Counted from the first letter of the whole stretch, positions 12,380-25,796 are shown. The stretch is DNA of 63,602 bases, filler included, from Rhabdomonas costata (GCA_019059605.1; 31 parts of 31 records of this genome joined end to end with filler, not necessarily neighbours in it), one strand, 5' to 3'. The notes: generated by a model not told the origin, from the letters alone. Translations and numbers: made by a program.

Positions 12380-12926
12380 GGGCCTCGATCAGGCTGTTCG
12401 CGGCCCCCATGCGCTTCTTCGTCCGCTCCGTGTCCTCCGCTGCGCAACAACACAGGCGAAGTTACGAAGGTCCTTGTCAGAACCCTCGACAGAGCTCCAG
12501 GCAGTGCACGCTGCATTTCAAACTGGGCAGGCTCAATCATTGGGCAGAAATATTTCAGCCTGCGATTTCTAATTCACGATGAAGAAGAAGCTGTAGCCCA
12601 GTCGACATCACAAAGAAGAAGACGAGGATGAGGTAAAAGGGGTGCATACCCAAGTCTTGCTTGCGGGTTGTCGCAGCGTCCAGCCGGGATTGGCACCTTG
12701 CCAGCTCTGCCTAAAGAAAGAAAGAAAAGAGGGCGTTGATGAGGATCAGGAGAGCTTCAAAAAAGTCACAAGGCAAATAAATGGCAAAATTGGCAACATA
12801 TTCCCCATTCGCTGAGAAAGGAGGAAGAACGGGGGGGGGACCTTCATGGTGTCCTGAAGCTGCGCCTCGGTACGCTTCACAGCGGTGAGCTCCGCCACAG
12901 TGGCCTGCAAGACTTCGATGCGCTTC
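12380..12926 (-). CDS. Axonemal dynein heavy chain, stalk coiled coil (outer-arm gamma / DNAH5-like)
   Basis: Exons 12926-12842, 12710-12650 and 12439-~12380 give MKAELARCQSRLDAATTRKQDLAEDTERTKKRMGAANSLIEA, similar to DNAH5 KQAELD..QAEYEQAM.EKQ.L.EDAERC..KM..AS.LI.GL. Confidence 0.75.
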
Positions 12927-14426
12927 CTGAGCAAAATCCAAAAGAAAAAGAGCCCCACCCCCCATCAAGCAGAGGCCTCCAGAGAAAAGGCAGGAGGCAA
13001 AGCGATCGCAAAACAGTTGTCACATGGCAGAGGGCTGATTGCCCGGGCTTGCCATCGATCAGCTGAGTCCATGGGACTTGCATCGATGAAGTGCTGCAAG
13101 GGACACCATGACGTGAATGTGTGAGGTGAGGCAACGCAGGGATGAGCGATAAGGGAAGGTAAACGTGCAATCGGACTTGCTCAGAAAACATGTTCTGTGA
13201 GCGTTGGAGCGCCCGAAAGGCAGAGTCAGCCAACGGGCAACCAGTTGCTCATGATGTAGTATGTAAGTGGTCTGTCTGGGCACTCGATTGTAAAAAAGGT
13301 TGAAGTCGCAGCGAGAATGAGAATCGATCCTGGGAAGAACTCCCGGCGGGACTGAGCAGGATGTAGACCGGGAGGGAGGGGAGAGGAGAGTGATGCCCTG
13401 ACTCAGCCACCTCCAGCAGAAAAGAGAGCAGGTGGTGGTGGTGGTGGTGGGCAAGTTGTTTGTGTGCATGCGTGTGGGTGAAGGTGACCACCCGTGTGAA
13501 CACGTGTGTGTGCGTGTGCGTGTGTGGAATAAGGTGGTGCTGGGACCCTTCGCGACTTCGCGCCCCTTTGTCAACATATCCCAGAGTTCTCGCACTTCAC
13601 AAGCAATCTACATTGCCTCTGCTTCTGCAATCAGAGTGTCACAGTCCCCATTTTTGCTTGCGTACATTTTTTGGCTTCTGCTTTTGCTGCAAAGCATTGC
13701 ATTTTCCTTTCGTCCAAACTGTGACCATGGTTGTGATGACATTTGCTTGAAACAAGAAACTATTTCAACATTTCCACCCACGAAGTTGCATTTGCCTATG
13801 AAAAAGTGTAGGCACGGAAGCAGGCACGTTTGGGGACCCACCTCTGCGTGACGGCGGAGACGGCGCGGGACAGTCTGGTCTGGGTGTGCTGGGCTCCCCC
13901 CGAGGCCGCGGACTGCCCTGGCTGAGCGTGCGAGGCCTCCATGGCGCTGCGGCCCGAGGAGGGCCCGCGGGAAGAATTCCCCTGAAAGGGGGCGATGAGG
14001 GGTTAAACAGAAGGACTCCTTTCAGCAATGACAGACACACACCATCACACACAGCATCGGTGCAAAACGCAGGGATGCTATTTCACAAACACTGGGGCTG
14101 AAGCCGAGGCACAGGAAACGGCTGCGCACTGGTCCTTGAACCCCAGGCCAGTCACTTCCATTTTTGGCGGCTCATGTATATTGTACAATCTTGTGCTGCT
14201 TCTTTCCCGCAACAGCCGGTGGGTTTGACGGAAGTACCCACAACTCAGGGGGAAGCCAAAAAATAAGTGTATGGTGTGGGTCATTTTCTCGAACAAACAC
14301 ANNNNNNNNNNNNNNNNNNNNNNNNNNNNNNNNNNNNNNNNNNNNTTAATTAATTAANNNNNNNNNNNNNNNNNNNNNNNNNNNNNNNNNNNNNNNNNNN
14401 NCTGTCGCATGTGTGCAGCTCAACAG

Positions 14427-16193
14427 GAGGTAAAACACCTGATGCAGCAGATTGACAAGAGGGATGGGCTGAGCCTCTCCGACGATTGTAAACGTGTGCG
14501 CAGCATGTTCCAGACCCCAAAGGGTGCCGATGAGGAGGAGGAGGTGTTATGCGGCTCCCCTGCTGCCACTTGTTGAATACATTGTGTGGGTTTGGTGTAG
14601 AAACTCGAAAAGTAATTGAAAAGGACCCAGTGATGGCAGTCTGTTATTTTTGGTATGCTCATGTTGTACGCGCCCGGACCCACGGGAAAAGCGGAGATTC
14701 CTGTCCTGCAGCGCGTTCAATGCTTGAAACATCTTTCTCGTCATCCATCGTCCGTATCAACACAGGCTTTTCAGGGGGGGCGGGGGAGAAATTCAAGACA
14801 TAATAACTGTTATTTACGCTGGTAGCTTCCAGCCCTTCAGCCAATTACAAAAAGTTATGCGGTGTTGCGGGTATTGCATTCTCGCGTTAACGTCGTTGAA
14901 CTCCGCAGGGAAAAAAAAGCTGTGGGGATGGATATTTTGTTTGACTCTGATACAGTACAATCCTTAACAGTCTGTTCGATCCAGTGAACATCAAGATCGT
15001 CATGTTATCGATTATTGTTGGAGTGAACCTTCAACCTCTCTCCAACCATTGGCACCGCTATCCCTTGAAGGTTTTGAAGCAAAGGAAGCTTTCGGAAGCT
15101 TGTTTTGTTGGGCATACGCAGCCACCGCGGCAGACTTGAAGGATCACGGGCAACCCGTGGGATGTCCATCTCCCTTGCCTCTCTCTTCCGCATCTCAAAC
15201 GCCCAACTGTGCACCCACTCTCCGCAGGAGATCGAAGCCACCGCGCTGCACGTCAGCTTGCAGTGCCCGCTAAGCTTCATACGGATTAGCATCCCTGGAA
15301 AGGGCCTGGATTGCCGGCACATCCAGTGCTTTGACCTGGAGTCCTTCCTCACGACAAACCTAGGTATGCGGCTGGTGTGAGGGCACATGGTCATGCTTTT
15401 GCAGGGTTGTTTTTCCCTTTCCGTTGAACTCCAAGCATTCTTAAGCAACCAATTGCTACTTTAAATCTTTTCGCAGGCTGATAAGCTGGGAGGAGGGTTA
15501 TCTCCCGCGGGATTTGCCGGAGCATCACAGGGTAGCCCTCACATCACAAGTGGTCGTTTGTGTACTACTGTGGCGTCAGCAGTGCCTCGTGTGTGTGTGT
15601 GTGGTGAGGGCTGCGCTGTTCGGGCAATTAATGTCCCCAACCTTGGGCCGTGGTTGGCCCCCATGTTTCACAGGGTAAGTCCTGGTTGGTGTTGGGGATG
15701 GCCTTCACCCCAACGCCTAATCGAGACCAGCGTGGTAGACCGTGAGTTTGGATTCGAGCCACCTTTCGGTGCCTGACATTTTCCGCACCAATGTGTGTGA
15801 AGAGAGGGTGGCAAGAAGAATGTGTGTGTGTGTGTGTGTATGAATACAGGGTGGCAAGCGGACAATGGAAATGAAGGGAAGAGCAGGAAGCCAGCAGACA
15901 AGGAGATGCACGAGGAGCCAGCTACAGAGGCCAGCCTCGAGGAGCAGCTCGTGCCCAAGAAAAAGCGAGGCATGACGAGTTCTGATAAGGATCCCAAAAG
16001 GCTGAGAGTTGATCGGGGTGGGGGTGGTGCCTCAGGGCGGCGGAAGCGAAGAAAGGAGAAGGACCGCGACCGGGACCGAGATAGGGACCGCCGCGAGCGG
16101 GAGGACTGGCTGTGCCCGGTGTGCAGTCGCGCCGTCCACCGCGATGACCTCTACGTAGACAAGTACTTCCTGGACATCCTGAACAAGGCCGAC
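14427..16193 (+). CDS. SP-RING (MIZ) E3 SUMO ligase, PIAS/Siz family
   Basis: Exons 14427-14543, 15228-15363 and 15850-16193: EIEAT...[24 protein letters not shown]...WLCPVC.....[13 protein letters not shown]. Confidence 0.9.
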
Positions 16194-17485
16194 GTACGTG
16201 CACGCCCTGCGGCCCCCCAGCTCCCGCCCTTGTGAGTAAAGAAGAGTGAGAGAAAGTTTTGAGAGAGCATCATTATCAAGGGCTCATCAAGGATCCTGCT
16301 CTAGCGGGACCCCACCTCGCGCGCCACCACTTTACCTTCACCCTATCCACAACCCACCNNNNNNNNNNNNNNNNNNNNNNNNNNNNNNNNNNNNNNNNNN
16401 NNTTAATTAATTAANNNNNNNNNNNNNNNNNNNNNNNNNNNNNNNNNNNNNNNNNNNNTGTTGGTGGTGAAAACTTGATATAGAATATTCCAGTGAAGTC
16501 GCAGAATACAGAGTTCCACATGACCAGGCAGTGACGTGGATAGAAGGCAGAGTAGCGATCTACACAGAGAACACGTTGAACTACCTTGCAACCTGGAACT
16601 CGCCGTCGTTCTGGGCGCTTTGTAAGAGTGTTTGTATTTCACAGTGTATGGTGAAAGAAAGCATAAAGCAACGGAGCTCACCGGTCTTCGCAAAGGACCC
16701 CAATTTTCCTCTGAATGTCCCGTGCCAGGGCTTTCATTATTGCCTGCGGAAGTAGGTCGAGTGCCATTCTTGGGATTCACCTGTCTCTTCTCTGGCTTTT
16801 ATGGGACCTGGCTGCCTCAGCACAGAATAGAACGATGCAGCAAAACAAGTCATTTTGCGTGAGTGCGTTGAAAAAACAAGTTGCTATTTTCTTTTGAAAC
16901 AATTCCGCACAACGTGGCTTAGTTCATACATCTGCCCCACATCCGCGGCAGGCCGGATGGGGCTGGATGGTGTTTCAGGAAGTGTCCGAAAATCTAGCCT
17001 CATGTCTGGCGGGCAGTCAGTCTCCACAGCACCTGCGAATACCGTGAGAAGAGGCATACACTCCTGGGCAGCAAATTAAACACCAATGTCACTTTTCCCT
17101 TCTCCTTCCACTGAATGGTAATGCAGCAATGCATGATTCGCTCACATCTCACTCTGCAAGATGTGCAAGGAGTGCACACCCATTTTCAGAGGTTAATTGT
17201 TTCTATAGAATCTGTCTTCGGGCATGTTCTTCGACCTCTGAGTTTTCAGGTGAAGAGGGTTTTCAGGACGTCGTGGTGTACGAACGCTCGCAAGACGCAG
17301 GCAGGAGGGAGGTGGTCGTAGATCAACGGAAGGAGGAGTCGAAAGACTGGAGGGATTTGTTGGGGGGACTGATCGGAGAAAAAAAGATGCAACAGTCCAA
17401 AAAAGGTTCTGAAAGGAAAGATAAGAATGAAAAAGGACTGTAACTGCGTATGAATTTGTATGCGTGTGTTCTCTGTCCTGGTCAG

Positions 17486-18340
17486 CGTTTTGCTCGACGA
17501 AAGTGATGGCGTACTGCTATGCGCGACGGCTGCGGGAGGCTGGGGTCACTGCGCAGCCGATTACGGGCACGATGGACGTTGCCCGGCGGCAGGGCATCCT
17601 GGATGACTTCATGAGCAAGGGCTTCCAAGTCCTCCTCTCCACAGACATGCTCAACCGGGGCCTGGGTGTGCACCTGACCGTGACACTCCGTAGCGTGTGT
17701 TCGGCAAATGATCTTGGGTACAGCACGAATTCAACATTCAATCTGTTTCATGGATGTATCTCCTGCATACATTGTCTTCCATCCATCCATATAATATGAT
17801 TATCATCATATTAACACCCGACATAGGCGTTGGATGTTCTGGACCAACCTCCAAAGGTATTTTAATCGGGAACGCTACCGACCGGAGATATGCAGTTCCA
17901 GGTGGTCAGTTGCATCCCCTATGCCTTAGTGTTGTTGCTCTTTCAGATTTGTGCGATCTGAGCGTCGTGGTGAATCTCGCGTTACCCAACTGCTTGCACA
18001 AGTTTATCACCCGAGTGGGAAGGGTCGCCCGGGCTGGCCGTCCGGGGGTGGCTCTGTCCTTCTACAACCCCGACACTGACGCCGAGATGAAAGGATATCT
18101 CGTGGCCCTGCTGCAGAAGAACGGTTCCCTTCTCTCTATTCCTTCTCCTCTTGGCAATATTTTATTTCTACACCTTGTTTTGGTTCTGACATCTCTCCTG
18201 AATTCAAGGCATTTCACTGGATCTGTTTTTGCAGAGCATGTATGTGTGTTTGCTATCTAAGGGGTTTTTTGAGCATGTGCATGTATGTCATGCAGGCCGT
18301 CCCTTGCCCCCGTTCTTCTCCCCGGAAGATGCAAAGGAAG
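17486..18340 (+). CDS. DEAD-box RNA helicase, C-terminal RecA2 domain
   Basis: Exons 17486-17665, 17947-18123 and 18296-~18340 carry motif IV (FCSTK), motif V (STDMLNRGLD) and motif VI (TRVGRVARAGRPG). Confidence 0.88.
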
Positions 18341-19755
18341 ACCTGCATGACATACATGCACATGCTCAAAAAACCCCTTAGATAGCAAACACACATACAT
18401 GCTCTACAAAAACACNNNNNNNNNNNNNNNNNNNNNNNNNNNNNNNNNNNNNNNNNNNNTTAATTAATTAANNNNNNNNNNNNNNNNNNNNNNNNNNNNN
18501 NNNNNNNNNNNNNNNGGGGTGGGGGGGGCAAAATGTACTTGACATGGTGGGTCCATACTTGCACTTATGCCGTCAAAAACGGTTTGGCGGTGCTAAACGT
18601 GCAGTACGTTTTGTTACCGATTCGGGATCAAAGCAATCACAACTGAGCGTAGCAGCGGTCACTATGCCCTCCTGGACTTTGTGATTTCGTTTGTTGGGAA
18701 AACAGTCAAAACATTTCCTTGCAAAATGACGGAATGGTTTGATGAAATGCTCTTTGCTTGAACAGGGTCACGGCTACTTCCTGTGCCGCCAGTGCCAGGC
18801 AAAGTGGAAGTCGTGTCCTCGCCATCACCAATAATGATTGGAACACTAGTTTTTTTCGCACATCTGCTCCGTTTTTGCATGGGTGTGAAGGCAAAGGGTT
18901 CTCCAGGTCAGATTATGTGCTTTTCCGTTTAAAAGGTTGGGTTTTGTTTCAGGTCATTGAGAAAATGAGGGAAAACGTTTTTTGCGTTGTGTTATTTGCT
19001 CACGCGCACAACCCTTTCCTAATAGGGAAGCGTTTCCGATCAACGGCACACAGACACACCCCGTCCTCTCCTTTCGTCCGGTGGAAGAGAAAATGGATCG
19101 GGAGATTCCAAGGGCGATCCTAGGATTGCATTGTGTCTGCACAGGGGAAGGAAGGGGTGTTGTCTAGATGTAGCACCAAGGTTGTCTTTTTCTGGGAATG
19201 GGAATCATTGAAGCTTGACTTTCTTCTTTTTTTTTGCGGTCGCCCTTTGTCCCTTTTTCCTTCCTTCTTCCTGTTGTGTTCACTCCCTGCCCGTGGCTCG
19301 TTCCCTTCGAGCCGCCCCCTGCGTGCCCCGTTTGATGCATCCCAACGGTGGAGTTGGGTCTACCCCCTCCCCTTCCACTTTTACTGCGTGTGTGGCCCGA
19401 TGTCTCTGCTTCTCTCTCTTTCTCTACCGTTTTCATCTCTATTTACGGCACTCTCACGCGGATTACGTTCCTGGACACGAATAATGGTTTTTTTGGTCTT
19501 GGAGTAGTGCCCCCTACAGAAAGGGACTTGTACATCATTTGCTGATCTGCGATGCCACAACGCGCTTTTTCATTCGCATCTTGTTGTACGCTTTGGTGCA
19601 TTTTGGTGGTGTGTTTCTCCATGCTGGAATTTTCCACGTTGCCAGGGAGTCGCAGGTCTGGGGGAGCAAAGGCTTTTTCCCGAGGATTTTGGCGTCTTCC
19701 AGAAATGGAATTGGAGGCTCTGCATTCTAACGCCTTTTGCCCCTGTCAATTGTAG

Positions 19756-19945
19756 AGATCCACAGTTGTGAAGGCTCTCTCCCCCTGTGGTTTCAACCGC
19801 GAGGTAGAGATTCGTATGTCCCCGGCGAGCCAGCACAGGTTCTCGTGTGTGGTATTTGGTTGATGCCCAGCCGGGTTGCCTTCATCTTGGGATCGTGCCA
19901 AACTCTACGGATGATGTAATTCGTCTTCAATGGGATATGATAGAG
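19756..19945 (+). CDS. Possible cupin / phosphomannose-isomerase-like fragment
   Basis: Two putative exons (19756-19803, 19839-19945, 35-nt GT-AG intron) give ...LPLWFQPRGSRVWYLVDAQPGCLHLG, similar to PMI WYILDAxPGxxLxxG. The match is weak. Confidence 0.25.
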
Positions 19946-20592
19946 GTCAGTGTAAACAAGCGTTGGCAAAAGCTAGCCGATGGAGGCAATTATCGCTCTG
20001 TTGGTCTGCCTTTACACGACAAAATTCCTCCCCAAAAAACCTCAGACTAAAGGTAAAAAATTGTCCTGCACAGAAAATAGCACAGTTTTCACTGTCCGCC
20101 GCCAAAAGAAGAAGCAACTCCTGAGCTCAACAAGACTGGGAAAAGTGGGACAGTGTGGCAGTTCCATGATGGTTGAATAGTGAAGAGAGCGGTTCGTCTT
20201 TCTCGAAGAGGTTGCCTGTCGTTTCCTTTCAGGCTGGGTATGTTCTTTCAAAAAAAAAACGTAAGCTGTAAATCGATGTATACGGTTTTTGCATGAAGGG
20301 TTTCCTTTACATTCGAGTTTATTTAATCTTTGCAGCATCCTCCTTCCTTTCTTTGGGTGGTGTGCTTTTCATTGTGGGCTCACCGGACAAGAGAAATGGT
20401 TTCGACCACCCGTCTCGTCCACAGTCCCTACACCGCCCTTGGTTTGCTGCACACTTGGGGCTATTCTTTNNNNNNNNNNNNNNNNNNNNNNNNNNNNNNN
20501 NNNNNNNNNNNNNTTAATTAATTAANNNNNNNNNNNNNNNNNNNNNNNNNNNNNNNNNNNNNNNNNNNNGGGGTGGAGAAAGGGACCGGTAC

Positions 20593-21747
20593 CTGTGCAC
20601 GGGGTACAACTCAAACATGCGCTGGGGCACCGCCAGCACAAGCTCGGCGCCCTTGGGGTCCCTATGGAGGTGCACCCGCCGCCCTGGAAACGGGTCCCTC
20701 AGCACGTGGTGCATCCCCGCCATCTTCTCCACTGCTTCCACGGATGGCGTCGATGCAGCAGGCGCGGCCCCACCGGGGGTCTCCCCGCTGAACACCACCA
20801 GCACATGGACGTGGGCGCCCCAGCTGCCGAGCAGCCCAGACAGACGCGGGTTTGTTGCCTCACGCGGTGCCGGAGAGGCCGGAGAGGAAGCGGCCGCAGA
20901 GGGGACCGAGCGCAGGCCAAAGGCCACGTAGGGCAGGACTTTGGAGGTGGAGTGGTAGGGCACGGAGTCGTACATCGTGAGGTTGGGGCGGGCCCCGATC
21001 CGGACGTTCTGCCACAGCAGCAGGCGATTGACTCGGGCGGCCATCCGGTCGTCCCTGGAGAAGCCCAGAGGAGGATTCCCAGCGCAGAGAGAAAGCGGAA
21101 AAATGAAAACGACAAGCACGGCCCCCAACAGTTCGTTACCGTTCATGTGCGAGCGTCCAGACAGCGCGTGTGATTGCAGGGACATCTTGTTTTCACTCAT
21201 CTTCTGTCCAAATCAAAAACACGTTGACTCAGTGTAACAGCCCGCGCCAACTTTCATTGCTCTGAGCTAACAAACAGCATGAGACGTTTCCCAATGAGCT
21301 CTGAGTGGGCTGTACAAAGATGCGTGCGCGGGGATTGGCACCCGCACCATGAGAGAAAAGAAACTGCTGACGACACTTGGGTTCCACTCACATAAATCGT
21401 CCCGTGCACATTTCGGCAAAAGCACAGTGATAAACAACACTGACAGAGGATAGTACTGAAACCTCCAGCATCGTCGCATACCAAAACAAAGAGGAAAACA
21501 GGAGGAGGTGCCTGGCAAAGAAGGCGTGCTCCAACTCCACCACCGTGTCCAGCCTGGAGGACAGCTTGGCCTGCGAATCCAGAATTTGCGAGAGCAGTGA
21601 GACTGTGGTTGTCGTGGTCGCCTTGCCCTCTGAGAGAACGTGCTGCGCCATCATCCATACCAGCACCAGCGGGGGTGCCAGAAGCACCACGCAAAGAAAA
21701 GGAAGACGCATTCCTCTTCCTCCCTTCCGGGCCTCACTTCTGAGCAT
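20593..21747 (-). CDS. Type II membrane protein, probable Golgi glycosyltransferase (fringe/GT31-like)
   Basis: Exon 21747-21512 has a basic tail, a TM helix and a stem. It joins in phase through a GC-AG intron to exon 21054-20593 (LLGSWG...VVFS; RMFELYP.HR). Confidence 0.5.
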
Positions 21748-24700
21748 CAACCACTCCCCCCACCACAGCAGGCTTCACGCATCCGCGAGGAATGACCGCG
21801 CGACAAACAGAGTGGCAATAGAACCTTTTCTGAAAATACGAAACAAAGATCCAAGGATAAGAATTCGAGCCCCGCGCTCAAGCTATGTTGCACCAGATAA
21901 GTCTTTGCTCGCTTTCACACCTGTCATCTCCAATGCATGTGAAATGCGGGAAAGGGATCCCCACCAATATTGCCACGCCATTTGAACGAAGCATTTATCA
22001 TGTGCCTTAATCTCCATGCAAATCATTGTTTGCTCACTACAATAACGGCTCCCTCCGGATTCACGTGTCAACCACCTTTTTTATCTCACTTTTACAGTGC
22101 AATCCCTCCCCAGCGGGTTCACCGCCTTTCTCCCATTGCTCTGTTCCATTGCTCTGGGTCAATCGGCTATGATATCCGTGGTCGCCTGCTTCCGCTGCCT
22201 CTTTCCCCTTATTGCTTTACACACGGACCCCCAGAACTCTTCTGAAACTCTGCTCATTCGGGAGGGAGTTCAAAACCTCCAAGGGCGCCTGGAAGAGGAG
22301 AACCATATCCAAGTTCAGCAGTGCAAAAATAGAACCGGTCAGTCGAGTGCCAAAGCGCCAAATAGGGCAGCAAACACTGCTTACACAGCTTAGGCTTAGG
22401 CTCAACCCCACAGCACTCCATGTCCATGGCATGTTCCACAGGGCCGAAGGGAGAGGAAGGCTTCCTTGCTATGAGACAATAGCTACACAACAGAAGCCTT
22501 CTCTGGCGCAAGGTCCGGGTAGCTTNNNNNNNNNNNNNNNNNNNNNNNNNNNNNNNNNNNNNNNNNNNNTTAATTAATTAANNNNNNNNNNNNNNNNNNN
22601 NNNNNNNNNNNNNNNNNNNNNNNNNGAGCAGGTCGACCTAACCAAAGGGAGTTCTCTCTTCGCAACTTTACCAAAGGCAATGGCCCAATGGAAGGGGGGG
22701 GGGTAACGGTCATCACAGGCAACGGGTACAAGTGGTTACAAGAAACTCGGCATTTCTAATTGTAAAGCAGGCCTGTACTCCAGTTGAGATGGGTCCCGTG
22801 CTTTCTTCTTTCCTCTGCTCAGAAGTGTGCATCGATGAGGTTCTGGAGGTGGACACCATTGTAGGCACCTTGGTGGACAGCCGGATGGACCAGGTCTTTT
22901 CTGCGGAGGAGATTGCACGAAACCTCAGCGCCTGAGTACCTTTCGAGGGCCTGGGGCCTGGGGATGCGGGCTTGTAGCCTGCACTCCCCCATCGTTCCTG
23001 ACTCCTTGTGATGGCTTGCTGCAATGGGTATTTCACACGTCTGCTTTGAACGTCACTCATCGCCCTTGGAAGTGTGTCTTCTTTTTGTGCCACTGGGAAA
23101 AGGAGTTAGCCTTCCCGGAAGCCGGTCAGCACTTGTGAGTTCTCGGTGCTTCCAGTCATCTTTTTTATGGTGGGTTGCTCTTCTCACTGTGCTCTAACCC
23201 GCGTCAACCTTTGGAGATTTTGGCTGCGCACCTGGAGCTGGGTGGACTTGACTGGACTGAATGGAAGGTAATGACATGCAAGGGGGCTGCTTAGAAAGGG
23301 TCCCTCTCTTTTTCGTCTTCTTTGCCCGCCGCTAGTACAAACTCCGGAATGCGTGTGTTTTGGTGATTGGCTGCTGCCTGGGTTTTATGTTTTGTCAATG
23401 TCAATAGTTGTTTGATTTGTCTGCAGTGTGTTGGCATCCCTTTGTTGCCAGGTCTTGCCAGAATTTTTTGTTTTCATAGAGCATTCGGAAGGGTTTCCGG
23501 CGGTTGTTGTCTGTGAAGGGAAGAACGAGCTGTTGACTGAGTGGACACTCTGAGCATAGTCTGTGTGCAAGACCCACCTCGATGGGGTTTTGTGTGAAAT
23601 TTGATATTATCCTTCGGTTTCTTATTTAACTCTGGATTTGACCGAAACCTTTCGGCAGAAGTGTGTGCCTGCATGTGATCGTCAAAACCGCCTAAACTGC
23701 CTGCACGTGGGTTTTGTAAAAAAGTAACCTTCTGGGCAGTCCATCAGCCTGTCCCTTTTGTCTCGTTTTGATATGATCAGAACTTCTGTCTTTCTTCGGC
23801 CATATTTCCGCGCAAAACTGTATCTCAAATTACCTTGGCATTAGTCTGGCCTTCAGTAGTTTACAGTGTGCTTCTTCGTTTCTGCCATTTTTTAACCTAG
23901 TTGATTTCCAGTCTTGCTTTTAGCCGAGTGCCGGCGCCGAGTGTTGAGCGAGGGACGACCTGTCCCATTTTTCGATAATTCCGAAGCTTGCTGACTTGGG
24001 CATGTGATCAATTCCAGGAATTGCACGCCTCATGTGATTTTCCCGAGAGGCAGGGTTTCGCGCTCACTGGCGTCCGCCCCTTGAATCAAGCCTGTATCAG
24101 TCACACCCTAAAGTCTAAAAACGCTTAAAGTTGACGTTGGCAGAGCTAGGCGTTGTGTGACGACCAACATCCATGTGCAATAAAACTTCAACCAGATAAC
24201 ACGCCGTGAACTCCCCGATTCTTCCCGATTCTCTGCAGCACATGAATAAACGAAGCCAATCGGGCCAGCCTACTTGCGATTGGTTTGGTGAGGCAGGAGG
24301 ATGCTGATGTGGTAAAATGTAGTCTTCTTTGTCCATGCAACGATTTTTTTATGACTGTTTGAAAGCGGGTTTTGTAATAACTTCATTATCTGGCTCTCTG
24401 GCTTCTTCTTTGGCGGCATATAATCCCACTCCTCCCAGGTATCTTCTTTCCCCAGTGTTGTTTCTTTTTTCTGCATCTTTCCCCGCTCGTTTTTTGTGGA
24501 GAAAAGGCGCAAAGCTCGCATTCCCTGGAGAAGAATATTTCTTTGGTCGTGCGAGCTTTGCGCCTTTTCTCCACACAAAACNNNNNNNNNNNNNNNNNNN
24601 NNNNNNNNNNNNNNNNNNNNNNNNNTTAATTAATTAANNNNNNNNNNNNNNNNNNNNNNNNNNNNNNNNNNNNNNNNNNNNGGTTGTGGTTCGAGTATAC

Positions 24701-25004
24701 TTTGTGTGAAGAGCTCCGATCTGATTTTAGTACCTCTGAAGGAGTGCGCCCATCGGATGTTCGAGTTGGGAGTTGTCTGCCATCCATAGAGAGGTTGGGT
24801 TGGGTTTTTTCCTTTTCCACACATGGAAATTGCTGTGAAAGCGTGCTGTATACACAAAAACCTCGAGGCCTGCTTCGACATAACCGTGCAGTAATAACTG
24901 CAAAGATAACCTGGTGGACACCCGCCGCTAGACAAATTCTCCATAACAACACTTGTATTAACTACTTTTGATGCCTCTGCGCATATGTTTGGGTGCGCCC
25001 AAAA

Positions 25005-25095
25005 AATACGAAAATACCGGAAAACACAAAAAAAATACGAAATTTACGAAAAGAATTTACGAATGAAAAACCTTCTGAAAAATTACGAAATACGG
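25005..25095 (+). repeat. Degenerate tandem TACGAA/AT-rich repeat
   Basis: About five TACGAA copies separated by A runs. A reverse-oriented TTCGTA pair occurs near 33628-33643. Confidence 0.5.
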
Positions 25096-25796
25096 GGATC
25101 CCAGGCTATGTGATTTTTGATGCCCCTGGCCTATTCCTCCAGCTCCATCTCTTCTTTCGTACGCTCAGCAAACTGCCGTGAACATCGCGTACGCAGCCAA
25201 GCTCATCGTTCCGGTATTGGCGAGGGCAACTATGAGAGAGGGGAGGAAAGTCCCAAATGGCTGTGGGTTGGGAAAGGCATGCTGCGGCACCCGTAACGCA
25301 GACAGCACCCCCTAACAGTCAGCATCATGTTTCAAGGCCGCGAAAGTGACAGCGTGTGGATGGTTGTTGTGTGCCTGATCTTTTTCGATTTGCCTTCATT
25401 TCATATGCGAAGGGGAGAGTCTGTTCCACCTTCCACCATTCCATGCAAGAATGTCTGAGCTTGGCGCGAACTGCTTCGACCCCCCGTTCCCGTCCGCGAA
25501 GGGCAGAAAGTATGGGAGGGTCCAGTGTTTCGGATGTGTTCTCTCCTGATACTCTCTTCTCAAATCCCCATCCCCTCTCATACAGATCTTACTGGAAGTT
25601 GAAGGATAATCCGAGAAGGAGGATGTCTTGGGATTGTATTTTGGGGGGGCGGGTCTGTGAGCCGCACCCAATAAGAAAATTTTTCTCTGCACGCTGAAGA
25701 CCATGGAGAAGTCTTCGGGCTGTTGACTTGCCTCGTTTGTCGACCGTGTGTATCCCTCCTTCTTGTAGAAGCGGCGATGTCTTTTTTGTGCTGCAG

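Noticed and set aside
13540-13630. Further upstream dynein exon (GNVDCL resembling GNVAGL)
   Set aside because: An in-frame stop follows immediately, and the similarity is too short.
15477-15531. Extra exon within the SP-RING gene
   Set aside because: In the required phase it begins with a TGA stop.
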